A DNA stretch of 32,000 bases from the sequence record MN954399.1. One strand, 5' to 3'. The stretch comes from Vibrio phage VPT02. This document shows positions 17,296 to 26,474 of the stretch, one piece after another (position 1 is the first letter of the stretch; every line of letters starts with the position of its first letter). The notes beneath the pieces were generated by a model, which searched no databases, had not been told where the DNA came from, and was given only the letters and a program-made list of their open reading frames with translations. The position numbers and the translations under genes are program-made.

Positions 17296-18705
17296 TTAAC
17301 TAATTGCGACTGTAACTACATTACTAACTTTCTTGTCGCCGTCACTATTATATACTTCAACGTAGTAGTTACCAGCATCTGCAGATTGTGCATTATCCTT
17401 AGTATAGGTAGCTGAGGTAGCTCCACTAATAACAGCACCATCTTTATACCACTGATAACGAGTACCACCACTAGCCGCTACTGTTAATTGTAGTTGTTCG
17501 CCACTACCAAGTACCTGATTAGTAGGCTGTGTTGTGATTGTAGGTAGCGGTGCTATATTCTCTCCAGCATCCCCAAACCTAACTAGTGCTCTAATCTCAT
17601 CCTCAGTAAAAGTATTACTCATACTTAAGTAAACTTCATTACCTGCATCAAGCGCTGTTGGGATACCTTTAAACTCGATACTAGTACCTAATACGTCCGC
17701 TGTTTCTGTAGTAGGCACAGAAAGATGGGCTGTAGGTAGCACTACTACTACCCCTTCAGCAGGAGCAGCATAAACCCCGCCTAGGCAGATACCTATTTGG
17801 AAGCTATTGGTTATATCGCGAGCCGAGATCATTTTATTTAACAACTCAGCAGCTCTATCTTTTTCTCTAGGATCATCTCCGTCTCTATTACGTAAGTATG
17901 CTTCTAAAGTACCAGAAACTTCAAATGTACCAGTAAACGAACCAATAGGCAGGTCTAATCTAGATAGAGTATTAGGGGTTAGGTAACTGATATTGTTATT
18001 GATAGTAATAGTACCACCAGTAATTGGAATATCGTACTCCTTACCATCTTTGTTATCTTTAATTAATAGAGTGGTAAGTTTATTCTTGATGTATTTACCT
18101 TTACCTGCACCGAACACTTTATCGTCATCAAATATGATAGTACTTGGATCGAAAGGCTGCGCAGTACCAAGAGGCTCTACTTTAGTACCTTGACCTGACC
18201 ATGCAGTCATACCAATACCTTCGATATCTACACTAATCTCTGCTTGGTTAATCTGCACATCGTGAATCTTATACCATACATTATCTACTTGGTAGTATAG
18301 GGTAAGAGTATTAAGTTGGTGGTATTGGTTATCTGTAAACTTAACCAACATATTTTTGGCAGTAGCTTTAACTCCATTATCATCTGTAATATCTAAAGGA
18401 GAGCCACTAGATAGACAGTGCCACAATGCAAAGTCTGGTGTAATCTTAACTGAATTCTCCTCATAAGGAATCAAGTATGTTGAGAAGTTCCAGTCAGCAG
18501 GGTTTAGATTATCATTGAATCTCTTAGAACCACGAGTTGGACGTGGGCCTGCTTCATCTAAGTTAATGTCGGTAGAGTTACCGTCTTGGTTAAAAGCAAA
18601 GTCTTCCTGAATAAGTACTTCCCAAGTGTTAGTATTATCAATGGTATCTCCAGGCTTTGCTACACTAGCCCATAGTCTAGTGTTACGTAATAATTGGACT
18701 GACAT
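17296..18705 (-). CDS. Major tail tube protein candidate with C-terminal Ig-like domain
   Basis: 469 aa. The C terminus 'TITTQPTNQVLGSGEQLQLTVAASGGTRYQWYKDGAVISGATSATYTKDNAQSADAGNYYVEVYNSDGDKKVSNVVTVAIS' is a clear Ig-like fold signature (QWYKDG, DAGNYYVEV). Confidence 0.75.
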   Translation of the reverse strand: MSVQLLRNTRLWASVAKPGDTIDNTNTWEVLIQEDFAFNQDGNSTDINLDEAGPRPTRGSKRFNDNLNPADWNFSTYLIPYEENSVKITPDFALWHCLSSGSPLDITDDNGVKATAKNMLVKFTDNQYHQLNTLTLYYQVDNVWYKIHDVQINQAEISVDIEGIGMTAWSGQGTKVEPLGTAQPFDPSTIIFDDDKVFGAGKGKYIKNKLTTLLIKDNKDGKEYDIPITGGTITINNNISYLTPNTLSRLDLPIGSFTGTFEVSGTLEAYLRNRDGDDPREKDRAAELLNKMISARDITNSFQIGICLGGVYAAPAEGVVVVLPTAHLSVPTTETADVLGTSIEFKGIPTALDAGNEVYLSMSNTFTEDEIRALVRFGDAGENIAPLPTITTQPTNQVLGSGEQLQLTVAASGGTRYQWYKDGAVISGATSATYTKDNAQSADAGNYYVEVYNSDGDKKVSNVVTVAIS

Positions 18706-18719
18706 TTATAGTAGACTCC

Positions 18720-19205
18720 TTATCTCTTAAATCTAACATTTCTGTCCGGGTATCTGATTTCGATAGCTACTTCACCTATACCCATTGGGTGCAGTATACC
18801 TTCATCTGTATTTATACTGATTACGGTCATTTGAGTAGCTTCGTATTTCTTTTCAGCTCCCTGAGGTGTAGTTATAGTATATTCTATATCCTCGTGTGTG
18901 TCAATAAAGGTTTTTATATCTTGAATTAGTAACTCTAATTCTTCGTCTGCTCTGTCCTCGGACTTAACGTAGGCTCGGATGGTTAGAGTAAGGAACATCC
19001 ACCTAAACCCACCAGGTTGATACTCAGGTCTTTCCGGTCCGAGGCCTACTGTTATAGCAGGAAAAGTTTCTACCTGATCTAGATATAGATTTTTATTGTG
19101 TACATTCATATCTATATCAGTGTAGTACTTATCTAAGTTTTGGTCAGAAAGCTCTTGCTTCATAACCTCAACAATTTTGTCTCTTATACTAGCTCTATGT
19201 GTCAT
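18720..19205 (-). CDS. Putative tail completion/terminator protein
   Basis: 161 aa ORF in the neck/tail-completion position. 'TFPAITVGLGPERPEYQPGGFRWMFLTLTIRAYVKSEDRADEELELLIQDIKTFID' is typical of tail terminator-like proteins. Confidence 0.6.
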   Translation of the reverse strand: MTHRASIRDKIVEVMKQELSDQNLDKYYTDIDMNVHNKNLYLDQVETFPAITVGLGPERPEYQPGGFRWMFLTLTIRAYVKSEDRADEELELLIQDIKTFIDTHEDIEYTITTPQGAEKKYEATQMTVISINTDEGILHPMGIGEVAIEIRYPDRNVRFKR

Positions 19206-19948
19206 AGTAACGCCTCCCTGACGTCTATATTATATCTAGTATGGATTATATCTCTAGCAGCTTTTGCTAACGCCTCTCCGATATGCGTTTGAGGGTTTCT
19301 AGCACCGAAGGACGGCCTCATGTACATAGCAGGTCTAGTAGACTTCATAGGGTCAAATGTAGCATATGGGTATGTCATATAAGAATAAAAGATAGATAGT
19401 TGTGGCTTCCTACCTCTATCATTGTCCTGTATACGGACAGACCTAACATCTAGAGAGTTGGCAAACCTACCAGTACGATATTTTAAGGGAGCGTTTGGCT
19501 TCTTCATATCTCTAATCAAGTAATCTTTAGCTACTATTTCTAGTAGGCCTTTTAGATTATTCTCAGAAATAAGTTTACCCCTGATGGTATTTATACCTAC
19601 AGTTCTACCTTCTTCGAGGTAGTCTCCTAACCTTACTTGAACTGAGCCTTTCGAACGTTTTCTACCGACACTGTCTGCTAAGCCGTATTGAGCTAGTATT
19701 GCATCTACCACGCCTAACTGTCTGGCGTCTAAATTATCAGCTACTCTTCTTAGTACGTGCCCACCTCTTTCACGTGCCTCATTTTCCGCTAGAGGCTTAC
19801 TAAATTTAAAAGATATAGTAGCTACGTTATTATCAGAGCGAGAATCATCAGTCGTTACATCATAACGTACCTGTCTCTTATTACCACGCTTGGCCCTATC
19901 ATCGAGCTCTTTATGGATTATTTGCTCTAACATATTAGACATTGCCAT
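19202..19948 (-). CDS. Putative head-tail joining / minor tail completion protein
   Basis: 248 aa ORF between the connector and tail terminator candidates. Overlaps both neighbours by a few nucleotides. Confidence 0.5.
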   Translation of the reverse strand: MAMSNMLEQIIHKELDDRAKRGNKRQVRYDVTTDDSRSDNNVATISFKFSKPLAENEARERGGHVLRRVADNLDARQLGVVDAILAQYGLADSVGRKRSKGSVQVRLGDYLEEGRTVGINTIRGKLISENNLKGLLEIVAKDYLIRDMKKPNAPLKYRTGRFANSLDVRSVRIQDNDRGRKPQLSIFYSYMTYPYATFDPMKSTRPAMYMRPSFGARNPQTHIGEALAKAARDIIHTRYNIDVREALL

Positions 19949-20490
19949 TAGAACATCCTGTGCATTAATAGTATGGCTCTGACATGAGGGGGGAAGTTTT
20001 TACCTGTCTGGTAAGATACTGTCTGACCACCTGCTCCAACAGATGTTTTATTAAATTCTTCTTTATAATAATACTTGACTAGCAACATCGTAGCTAATTG
20101 AATAGCCTCTAGCTCTTTTGGAGCTACCTGATAGGATACTAGTAAAGTGTCACCATCTTTAGGTTTTACAGTATATAGCTCTAGTAGTCCTGTCTCAGAT
20201 ACATTATAATCTGCAAGAGTAAGTTCTTTACCATCTGCTGAATCATAACCTCTAGGGATATACTTTAGTTGCTGAACATCCATATCAATAGCTGGCAACA
20301 TGTACGAGGTGGTATTATTACGTGTTCTGATTGTAGTCTCAATAGCTCCAGTAGATGTTAATGGGTAGCCGATATAATCCTGAACTATTTCAGAACAAGA
20401 TTTGATAAGAGCCTCTATTTGTGGGTCGTTCTTCTTACCTTCAATACTAGCAAAAGCTTTGTATTGATCTATTGTAATTATTTCTGCCAT
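19948..20490 (-). CDS. Putative head-tail connector (gp6-like)
   Basis: The track start at 20532 is upstream. ATG at 20490 (MAEIITIDQYKAFASIEGK...) has GGAG upstream. Text 'IEALIKSCSEIVQDYIGYPL...PKELEAIQLATMLLVKYYYKE' matches the connector family pattern and lies downstream of the capsid gene. Confidence 0.7.
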   Translation of the reverse strand: MAEIITIDQYKAFASIEGKKNDPQIEALIKSCSEIVQDYIGYPLTSTGAIETTIRTRNNTTSYMLPAIDMDVQQLKYIPRGYDSADGKELTLADYNVSETGLLELYTVKPKDGDTLLVSYQVAPKELEAIQLATMLLVKYYYKEEFNKTSVGAGGQTVSYQTGKNFPPHVRAILLMHRMF

Positions 20491-20505
20491 CTTGTTCTCC
20501 ATAAA

Positions 20506-20536
20506 CAAAAAGGAGTGGAGCAAATGCCCCACTCCT
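20506..20536 (-). terminator. Intrinsic terminator downstream of the major capsid gene
   Basis: Minus strand AGGAGTGG-GGCATTTGCT-CCACTCCT (20536..20511) followed by TTTTG. Confidence 0.8.
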
Positions 20537-20550
20537 CCTAAAGTTTGCTA

Positions 20551-21948
20551 TTAAGCGTATGTACCTGCAACTACGTTCTTATCGAAGTAACGTTGTAGGT
20601 TCAAGCGTTGTGTAACGTAGTAAGCGTCACGTTGTTCGCTTGCACGACGTTCGTATTCAACTGTTACTCGACGTTGACGAGGAACTACGAACTCGTTACG
20701 ATATACAATCGCACAGAAGGCTGCTTTAGCTGCTTTAGCTGGGAAGTAGCTAGAAACAACTACTGGCATACCGTAGATTCGACCTACTTGACCTTGTAGT
20801 TTAAGTGATGCGTTAGCACCTACTTGGTTAACATCTTGCCATTCGTCATCTTCTAGAAGATCGTAGTACGCGTCCATAGACACGATTAGAGCAAGAGCGT
20901 CTAGACGTAGACCTTTAAGGCCTAGGTTACGACGTAGTTGGTGAATCATTTTAGCGGTTACTTTAGTAGCACCGTCATGAGTAGCTGTAGTAGCGATTAG
21001 TTTGCTGTCGATTTTAGCAAAGTCTAGTAGACCTGTTGGTTTACCAGTTTTAGCACCTGTACCATCACCCATGAATGCTTTTTCGATAGCTTGTACGTGA
21101 GCTTCGATTAGGTGACGACGGATGATTGGTAGAAGTGATGTGATTGCATCTTCTTCTGTTTCATCAGTCATGTAAGCTTTAGCTGCTAGTTTGAACGTAC
21201 TGAATGTAATATCAGTAAGTGCAACTTTAACTTCGTTACCTACAGTAGTGTCTTTACCGTAAGTTGATGCATCTACCCATGTTGCATCTTGTGCATCAGG
21301 TTCGATTTGCATTGTAAGTTTCTTACTTGACATTGGTAGTTCTTGGAACATTGCACCAACAACTAGAAGTTTCTGAATGTCACGTAGGATACGGTTTGAG
21401 AATACTGTTTCGTAGTTTTCGCTAGAAACTTGGATAGAAGAGCTATCGTTTACCGCTTTCTCTAGTTTAGCACCAAATTCTGTTTCGAATACACCTTTCT
21501 TAGTCATGAAAGATAGAAGTACAGCTTTTTCAGCTTCTTCTTCGAAATCAGTTTGAGTATTTAGATTAAATGCCTTACCAACTGCAACTGCTACAGAATT
21601 TTTACCTTCGCGTGCTGCCATTAGTTGAGCGATTTCGTCACGTACTGACTTAATTTCGTTTTGTGTTTTTTCTACTGATTTAGCGAAACCATCAACATCA
21701 CCGGACTCTAGCTTCTCTGATAGAGCTTTAACTAGTTGTAGTGCTGTTTCTAGTTTTTCTTTTTGTTCACCAGTAGCTTCATCTACAAGAGCCTTAACGC
21801 GTGCTTCTTCAGCTTTTCGTTGCTCTGCTAGAGCTTTTTCTTTTGCTTCCTGCTCTTCTTTCGCAGTTAGCTTATTAGCTGCTTCAATTACTGTTTTCAG
21901 ACCTAGTTTTTCTTGTAGTTCTGCAATTTGTTCTGCTGTCATTGGCAT
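20551..21948 (-). CDS. HK97-fold major capsid protein with N-terminal helical (delta/scaffold-like) domain
   Basis: 465 aa. Charged coiled-coil N terminus, then 'KLTMQIEPDAQDATWVDASTYGKDTTVGNEVKVALTDITFSTFKLAAKAYMTDETEEDAI...' and 'QVGRIYGMPVVVSSYFP', characteristic of phage major capsid proteins. Follows the prohead protease. Confidence 0.92.
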   Translation of the reverse strand: MPMTAEQIAELQEKLGLKTVIEAANKLTAKEEQEAKEKALAEQRKAEEARVKALVDEATGEQKEKLETALQLVKALSEKLESGDVDGFAKSVEKTQNEIKSVRDEIAQLMAAREGKNSVAVAVGKAFNLNTQTDFEEEAEKAVLLSFMTKKGVFETEFGAKLEKAVNDSSSIQVSSENYETVFSNRILRDIQKLLVVGAMFQELPMSSKKLTMQIEPDAQDATWVDASTYGKDTTVGNEVKVALTDITFSTFKLAAKAYMTDETEEDAITSLLPIIRRHLIEAHVQAIEKAFMGDGTGAKTGKPTGLLDFAKIDSKLIATTATHDGATKVTAKMIHQLRRNLGLKGLRLDALALIVSMDAYYDLLEDDEWQDVNQVGANASLKLQGQVGRIYGMPVVVSSYFPAKAAKAAFCAIVYRNEFVVPRQRRVTVEYERRASEQRDAYYVTQRLNLQRYFDKNVVAGTYA

Positions 21949-21955
21949 AATAAAT

Positions 21956-22561
21956 TTATCCTTTAATAACTCCTAGCTCGATGGCTAGCTTTTCTAACAC
22001 GTCAACTTCGTTAGTTTCGCTCGGCTTGCTAGCCTTTGCTTGAAGTTGTTTTCTAAAATCATTATAATCAGCAGAGTTCAAGCTCTTGGAGACTTCGAAC
22101 ACTGAGTCCTGATTACATGGAACTGAAACTACTGATACCTCAAATAGTTCTAGTTCTTTAATTAAGTAAATGTCTTCTTCTTTCTTCCATTCAGCATCTA
22201 GGCAGCGGAAACCTACACTAAATGTTTTCAAAACACCATCTTTGATAAGCTGGTATACTGGGCCTGCTGCTTTGCTAATCTCTGCTTCAATCTGTAAGCC
22301 TTCGTCAGTTACATCATAACTAACCATCTTACCGATAGGCATAGCGTGATTGTGGAATGCAAGAATGATTGGGTTCTTTTCATAGTTAGGTAGGGCATTT
22401 GGGCCTAACCATGCATCTTTAGGGATTACATCACCAGCACGATCTTTCGTTACTGTATTAGCATAACCCTTAATTATCAACGGAGAATCTTCTTCGTCCG
22501 AAGCTGCTTTAGCTACGAAACTAGCAGATAGTTCCATATCAATAGGCTTATTTAACTTCAT
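21956..22561 (-). CDS. Prohead maturation protease (HK97 gp4-like, S78/U35 type)
   Basis: 201 aa. 'LIIKGYANTVTKDRAGDVIPKDAW...NPIILAFHNHAMPIGKM...GVLKTFSVGFRCLDAEW...LFEVSVVSVPCNQDS' with the expected His and Ser contexts. Confidence 0.9.
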   Translation of the reverse strand: MKLNKPIDMELSASFVAKAASDEEDSPLIIKGYANTVTKDRAGDVIPKDAWLGPNALPNYEKNPIILAFHNHAMPIGKMVSYDVTDEGLQIEAEISKAAGPVYQLIKDGVLKTFSVGFRCLDAEWKKEEDIYLIKELELFEVSVVSVPCNQDSVFEVSKSLNSADYNDFRKQLQAKASKPSETNEVDVLEKLAIELGVIKG

Positions 22562-22793
22562 CCTTCTTCTCCTTGGTTGGTTCAGTCTTCGCTGCCTTTA
22601 GACTAGCTACAAATTCAGCATATTCCTTTTGGAATAGCTTGAATGCACGGCAGTCACTATCAACCTTATAACGATATCGAAGCATTACTCTAGAGACCTC
22701 ATTATTAGAGGCATTAAAGAATGTACTTTTATCTGGTAGTGTATCTCCAAAATCATTATATACAGTATTAAAATTAACTTTTTTAGTTGTCAT
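22548..22793 (-). CDS. Small hypothetical protein between portal and protease
   Basis: The track ORF begins at 22856, but ATG at 22793 (MTTKKVNFNTVYNDFGDTLPDKSTF...) overlaps only the portal stop and is the preferred start. Confidence 0.55.
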   Translation of the reverse strand: MTTKKVNFNTVYNDFGDTLPDKSTFFNASNNEVSRVMLRYRYKVDSDCRAFKLFQKEYAEFVASLKAAKTEPTKEKKDEVK

Positions 22794-24009
22794 CTGAGTC
22801 CGAGTTTGAAGGTTTTCCACCCTCCTGTCCCGATACCCCAGTACCAGAACCTGCAATATTCTGTGGTATACGAATCTTATCCATATCCTGGCCTTCTAGC
22901 TCTTCATAACGAAGTTCTTTACGACCCTCATTAGGGGTGATAAGACCATTGTTTACTTTAGAAGTTACTGCTTCGGCTTCTGCCTTAGCATCTGGTGCTA
23001 GTGCAGTAATATCATCTGTGGTAAGTTTAACATCGTAACCAAAGAATGTCTCGAATACTGACTCGAACTTACGCATCATAGGTAGAATCGTCATATAAAA
23101 GAATAGTTCTATATTAGGACGAATATTAGCATTGTTACCAGAATCTAGTAGCAATGGTGGGATACCTAGTGCGATACACGCCTTACGCTCAAAATCATCA
23201 ATGTCTGCTTTAACATCTAAATCCTTAGAGCTAGTAGGTGTAAGTGTCTTAGCTTTCATACCTGCATCTAGTACTTTAACACTAGAGCGACCAGTACGAG
23301 GGTTATAATCTAAAGAGATTTCTTCCTCGAAACGTTTCTTCAATTTCTTGTTAAGAACAGCTTCAGTCTCTAATATTAAGCTAAACACAGCGCCGTTATC
23401 AAAGAATTTCTCCTTGAACTGTAGCAGTTTGTCTCTTCTCACCAAGCCTTCTAAGCTAGATAAGATTCTAGAGAATCCTTCAATCTGAGTTGACTGACCT
23501 CTATTATAAGCATTATCTTTGATAAAGATAATCTCATTTGGTTGGAATTCTACCTGCGCGCCATAAATATATCTATTGACATAGTTTTTCTTGTCAGCGT
23601 ATACTTCCATATTAGCTGCGGGTAGATGATATAATGAGTAACCATCCCAATGAATGAACGCCCAACCTTCCATGATAAAGTCCATTATAACTAAACGCCA
23701 GAACGTACTAGCATCCATAAACGGATTAGGTCTAACATTAAGTAACTCTTTTACTTTCTCTTGACGAATACCACCCTTGGCTTTACCAGCCCCTAGTGGA
23801 GTAAAAGAATATGCATCCTTAATATCATATCTAACTTGACAAGCATTATCAACTAAAAGGTTAACACAACGGTTTACAACCTCAACGTCCTCAAAAGCAC
23901 GAGTTGTTGTTAAAGGCTTCCTATTACTAGTTGTAGCACTTGGGTCTTCCCTAGCAATAAGTTCTTGGGCTGGGTTCAATTTATTGACTAACCAATCTCT
24001 TAATCCCAT
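22783..24009 (-). CDS. HK97-family portal protein
   Basis: 408 aa. 'RKPLTTTRAFEDVEVVNRCVNLLVDNACQVRY...', 'DIDDFERKACIALGIPPLLLDSGNNANIRPNIELFFYMTILPMMRKFESVF...' typical of phage portals. Synteny supports it. Confidence 0.9.
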   Translation of the reverse strand: MGLRDWLVNKLNPAQELIAREDPSATTSNRKPLTTTRAFEDVEVVNRCVNLLVDNACQVRYDIKDAYSFTPLGAGKAKGGIRQEKVKELLNVRPNPFMDASTFWRLVIMDFIMEGWAFIHWDGYSLYHLPAANMEVYADKKNYVNRYIYGAQVEFQPNEIIFIKDNAYNRGQSTQIEGFSRILSSLEGLVRRDKLLQFKEKFFDNGAVFSLILETEAVLNKKLKKRFEEEISLDYNPRTGRSSVKVLDAGMKAKTLTPTSSKDLDVKADIDDFERKACIALGIPPLLLDSGNNANIRPNIELFFYMTILPMMRKFESVFETFFGYDVKLTTDDITALAPDAKAEAEAVTSKVNNGLITPNEGRKELRYEELEGQDMDKIRIPQNIAGSGTGVSGQEGGKPSNSDSDDN

Positions 24010-24011
24010 GT

Positions 24012-24482
24012 TTACACCTTGAATCTGTCTAAAGATACTTTCTCAACCATCAGGTTACATAATGAAGTCATATCATAACCTGAACTAGTTGGTAGCTCTT
24101 CAACAGTGCCACCTTGCCTATCTCGTTGTATCTTAACCCATCTTCTCTGCTTGCTAGCAGTTGATAGGTCAGGCTCTTGAGAATATATCTGGTGTAGTTT
24201 TACGTGATGACCGTTGCAAAGGGTTACGGTATCCTCGACTAGTTCATGCCAGTGTGCTTTATAGAAGTCGTCCCGCATCGCGAGAACTTGTTCGTCAGTT
24301 GAGATGGGAATACCATTCTCTTTGGCATACTTTTTCAATAGTAGAGATACCGTATGGTAGTGGTGTAGCTCCAAGTTGTCACTAGTACCACAAATTTCAC
24401 AATGATCTTTCTTGGAATAGTTAGACTTAATACCATCGCGAATATGTTTTGTTGCTACTCGTTTGTTGGTATTAGTTGCCAT
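24012..24482 (-). CDS. HNH endonuclease
   Basis: 156 aa with zinc-finger-like 'CEICGTSDNLELHHYHTV' and 'CNGHHVKLHQIY'. Located between portal and large terminase. Confidence 0.85.
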   Translation of the reverse strand: MATNTNKRVATKHIRDGIKSNYSKKDHCEICGTSDNLELHHYHTVSLLLKKYAKENGIPISTDEQVLAMRDDFYKAHWHELVEDTVTLCNGHHVKLHQIYSQEPDLSTASKQRRWVKIQRDRQGGTVEELPTSSGYDMTSLCNLMVEKVSLDRFKV

Positions 24483-24563
24483 AACTTCTTCTCCTTAACT
24501 TATGTGATTAGTATATATGATATGAATGAAATTGTAAAGTCTGTTTTATAATTTCTACTCGGC

Positions 24564-25883
24564 TTATCTACAGTATGAGTAGATTGCATATCTCACAGCA
24601 TCCGCAATATGTGAGTACTGGTTATGAAGTGGGCGTTCTTTCAAGAGCCCTTCTTTAGGATCCCATCTGTAGTTAATAAACATCTCACGAGTTAGAGGAC
24701 AATTAATATCTACTATGATTTTATCTTGCTCTATTAGAGCTGCGATATAATTAATACCATCATTCTGGGATTTCTTACTAGGCATACTAGCAATATCGTA
24801 TTCATAGGCAAGGTCAGCACGGAACTGAGCTGCTGCCGAGTCACAGAATATCATATCTACATCATAATCATCAATCTGTTGTTGGAACTTCTCTGCATGT
24901 ACACGAGTAGTCTTAGACTGTTTCTCATACTCATCTATAATATAGAATTTATCTTCTTCTAAATCATACTTAATAACAACACTAGCTGTTGGGTCTCTGT
25001 ACCCATGGTCGACACCCATGATAGTTTCGTATTGATTCTCATCATCAAAGTCCATCTCACTAAGGTCTTTAACATGTCTGTCAAATACAAACCCTTCATA
25101 GATACGTCCTTCGAATACCGAGAAGTCAGCTTCGTATTCTTGACGGAAGTAAGCATCCGAGTTAGTGATACGAGCTTGTTCAATATCCTCTGGGCTAGCA
25201 CGAGGATTATCACGCCAGGTACCGTGGATTGCAACCCAGTTAGATAATGCAGGGTCTGTTGATTTACCTTGCTCGAAGAATGTCTTAAAGTAGTTAGAAC
25301 CACGAGGTGTGCTGATAAAGATTGCCTTAGAGTTAGGTTTATCCAGTGTAGGACGTAGAGCAACCTGGAACGCTTCTCCACCTTTATCTGATAGGGCAGC
25401 CTCATCAAAGATAATCAAGTCATATGAACGACCTACTGCTGAGTCAGCACGTTCAGCAGATGCTAGCTTGATTAGTGTGTTGTTAGATAGAAGAATTTCT
25501 CTATCTTTAGCATTCTCTTTAACTGTCTTCAATCCAAATTGTTTAATATATTTCTTAATCTCACCCCAACCGATTTCGGCTAGTGAGTAGTTAGGTGCAA
25601 CGACTAGAATCTTATTATTAGGTTCTAATGCCTTTAAGAATGCTAGGGCGAACGATATAAATGACTTACCTACACGACGTGATACACATGCTACCACGAA
25701 ACGATGCCTAGGGTCATTTACAGCATTGATAATAGCTATTTGTGGTCTATTCGGTACGATTGGACTACCATTATCTGCTCTTACTTGCTGTATAAAATTA
25801 TTTACATCAAATGCAAAGAATCTTTGATCTAATGGAAATTCTTCTATATAATCACAATTTATATAATCTCTAGAACAATACAT
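24564..25883 (-). CDS. terL: Terminase large subunit
   Basis: 439 aa. Walker-A-like 'VSRRVGKSFIS', Walker-B-like 'YDLIIFDEAAL', motif 'IFISTPRGSNYFKTFF', nuclease region 'IMGVDHGYRDPTASVV' and 'HNQYSHIADAVRYAI'. Confidence 0.95.
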   Translation of the reverse strand: MYCSRDYINCDYIEEFPLDQRFFAFDVNNFIQQVRADNGSPIVPNRPQIAIINAVNDPRHRFVVACVSRRVGKSFISFALAFLKALEPNNKILVVAPNYSLAEIGWGEIKKYIKQFGLKTVKENAKDREILLSNNTLIKLASAERADSAVGRSYDLIIFDEAALSDKGGEAFQVALRPTLDKPNSKAIFISTPRGSNYFKTFFEQGKSTDPALSNWVAIHGTWRDNPRASPEDIEQARITNSDAYFRQEYEADFSVFEGRIYEGFVFDRHVKDLSEMDFDDENQYETIMGVDHGYRDPTASVVIKYDLEEDKFYIIDEYEKQSKTTRVHAEKFQQQIDDYDVDMIFCDSAAAQFRADLAYEYDIASMPSKKSQNDGINYIAALIEQDKIIVDINCPLTREMFINYRWDPKEGLLKERPLHNQYSHIADAVRYAIYSYCR

Positions 25884-26353
25884 TATCCCACCAATTTATT
25901 GATAAGAGCCATGTAGTTCTCATCCTCACCGCCAGGTATGTTAATATTATTTTGAATGTTGGTTTGATTAGTTGGACCACCCGATGCTGCAGTAGCTTTA
26001 GCACGTTCTATATCCATCTTCATTTCATCCATCTTCATCTTATGATATACTTTAGCTAGCTCTAGGATATCAGCACTAGTACCAACACCTGTTTCTTGTA
26101 TTTCTTCAAGCTTCATATTCATAAGTTGATCCATAACACCAAAGATTCTATGTCTATTTCTAAATCCTTGTTCATGGAATTGTCTATCTATATATGCTTT
26201 AACTTCTCTATTCTTTAATTGGGCATCCACTTCTGCCACAGGAAGGTTTAATTCTTGGGCAACCTTCTTAGAGTCACCACCGAATGTAAGGTATGCTTCA
26301 GCAACCTGTAGCCCTTCCGGTTGTATAATATCTGGTAGTAGTTTATCTGTCAT
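25883..26353 (-). CDS. Putative terminase small subunit
   Basis: 156 aa from ATG at 26353 (MTDKLLPDIIQPEG...; GGAGAGGAG Shine-Dalgarno). HTH-like N-terminal text 'VAEAYLTFGGDSKKVAQELNLPVAEVDAQLKNREV'. Immediately upstream of the large terminase. Confidence 0.65.
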   Translation of the reverse strand: MTDKLLPDIIQPEGLQVAEAYLTFGGDSKKVAQELNLPVAEVDAQLKNREVKAYIDRQFHEQGFRNRHRIFGVMDQLMNMKLEEIQETGVGTSADILELAKVYHKMKMDEMKMDIERAKATAASGGPTNQTNIQNNINIPGGEDENYMALINKLVG

Positions 26354-26373
26354 ACTCCTCTCCTTTTCCAACT

Positions 26374-26402
26374 AATATAACATCAACAATCACAAATGTC
26401 AA
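26374..26402 (-). promoter_or_regulatory. Candidate sigma70 promoter for the terminase/structural operon
   Basis: Minus strand TTGACA (26402..26397), N17, TATATT (26379..26374). Confidence 0.75.
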
Positions 26403-26422
26403 CAAAAATTTAAAAATCAAAT

Positions 26423-26451
26423 TTGACAAAGCACTCAAACCCAGATATAAT
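26423..26451 (+). promoter_or_regulatory. Perfect-consensus sigma70 promoter for the divergent plus-strand gene
   Basis: TTGACA (26423..26428), N17, TATAAT (26446..26451), followed by AAGGAGG at 26461..26467 and ATG at 26475. Confidence 0.85.
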
Positions 26452-26474
26452 AGTACATAAAAGGAGGAATATTC

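Noticed and set aside
24959-25408. 149 aa minus-strand ORF inside the large terminase gene
   Set aside because: Alternate frame of a strongly supported terL. Composition is atypical and there is no start context.
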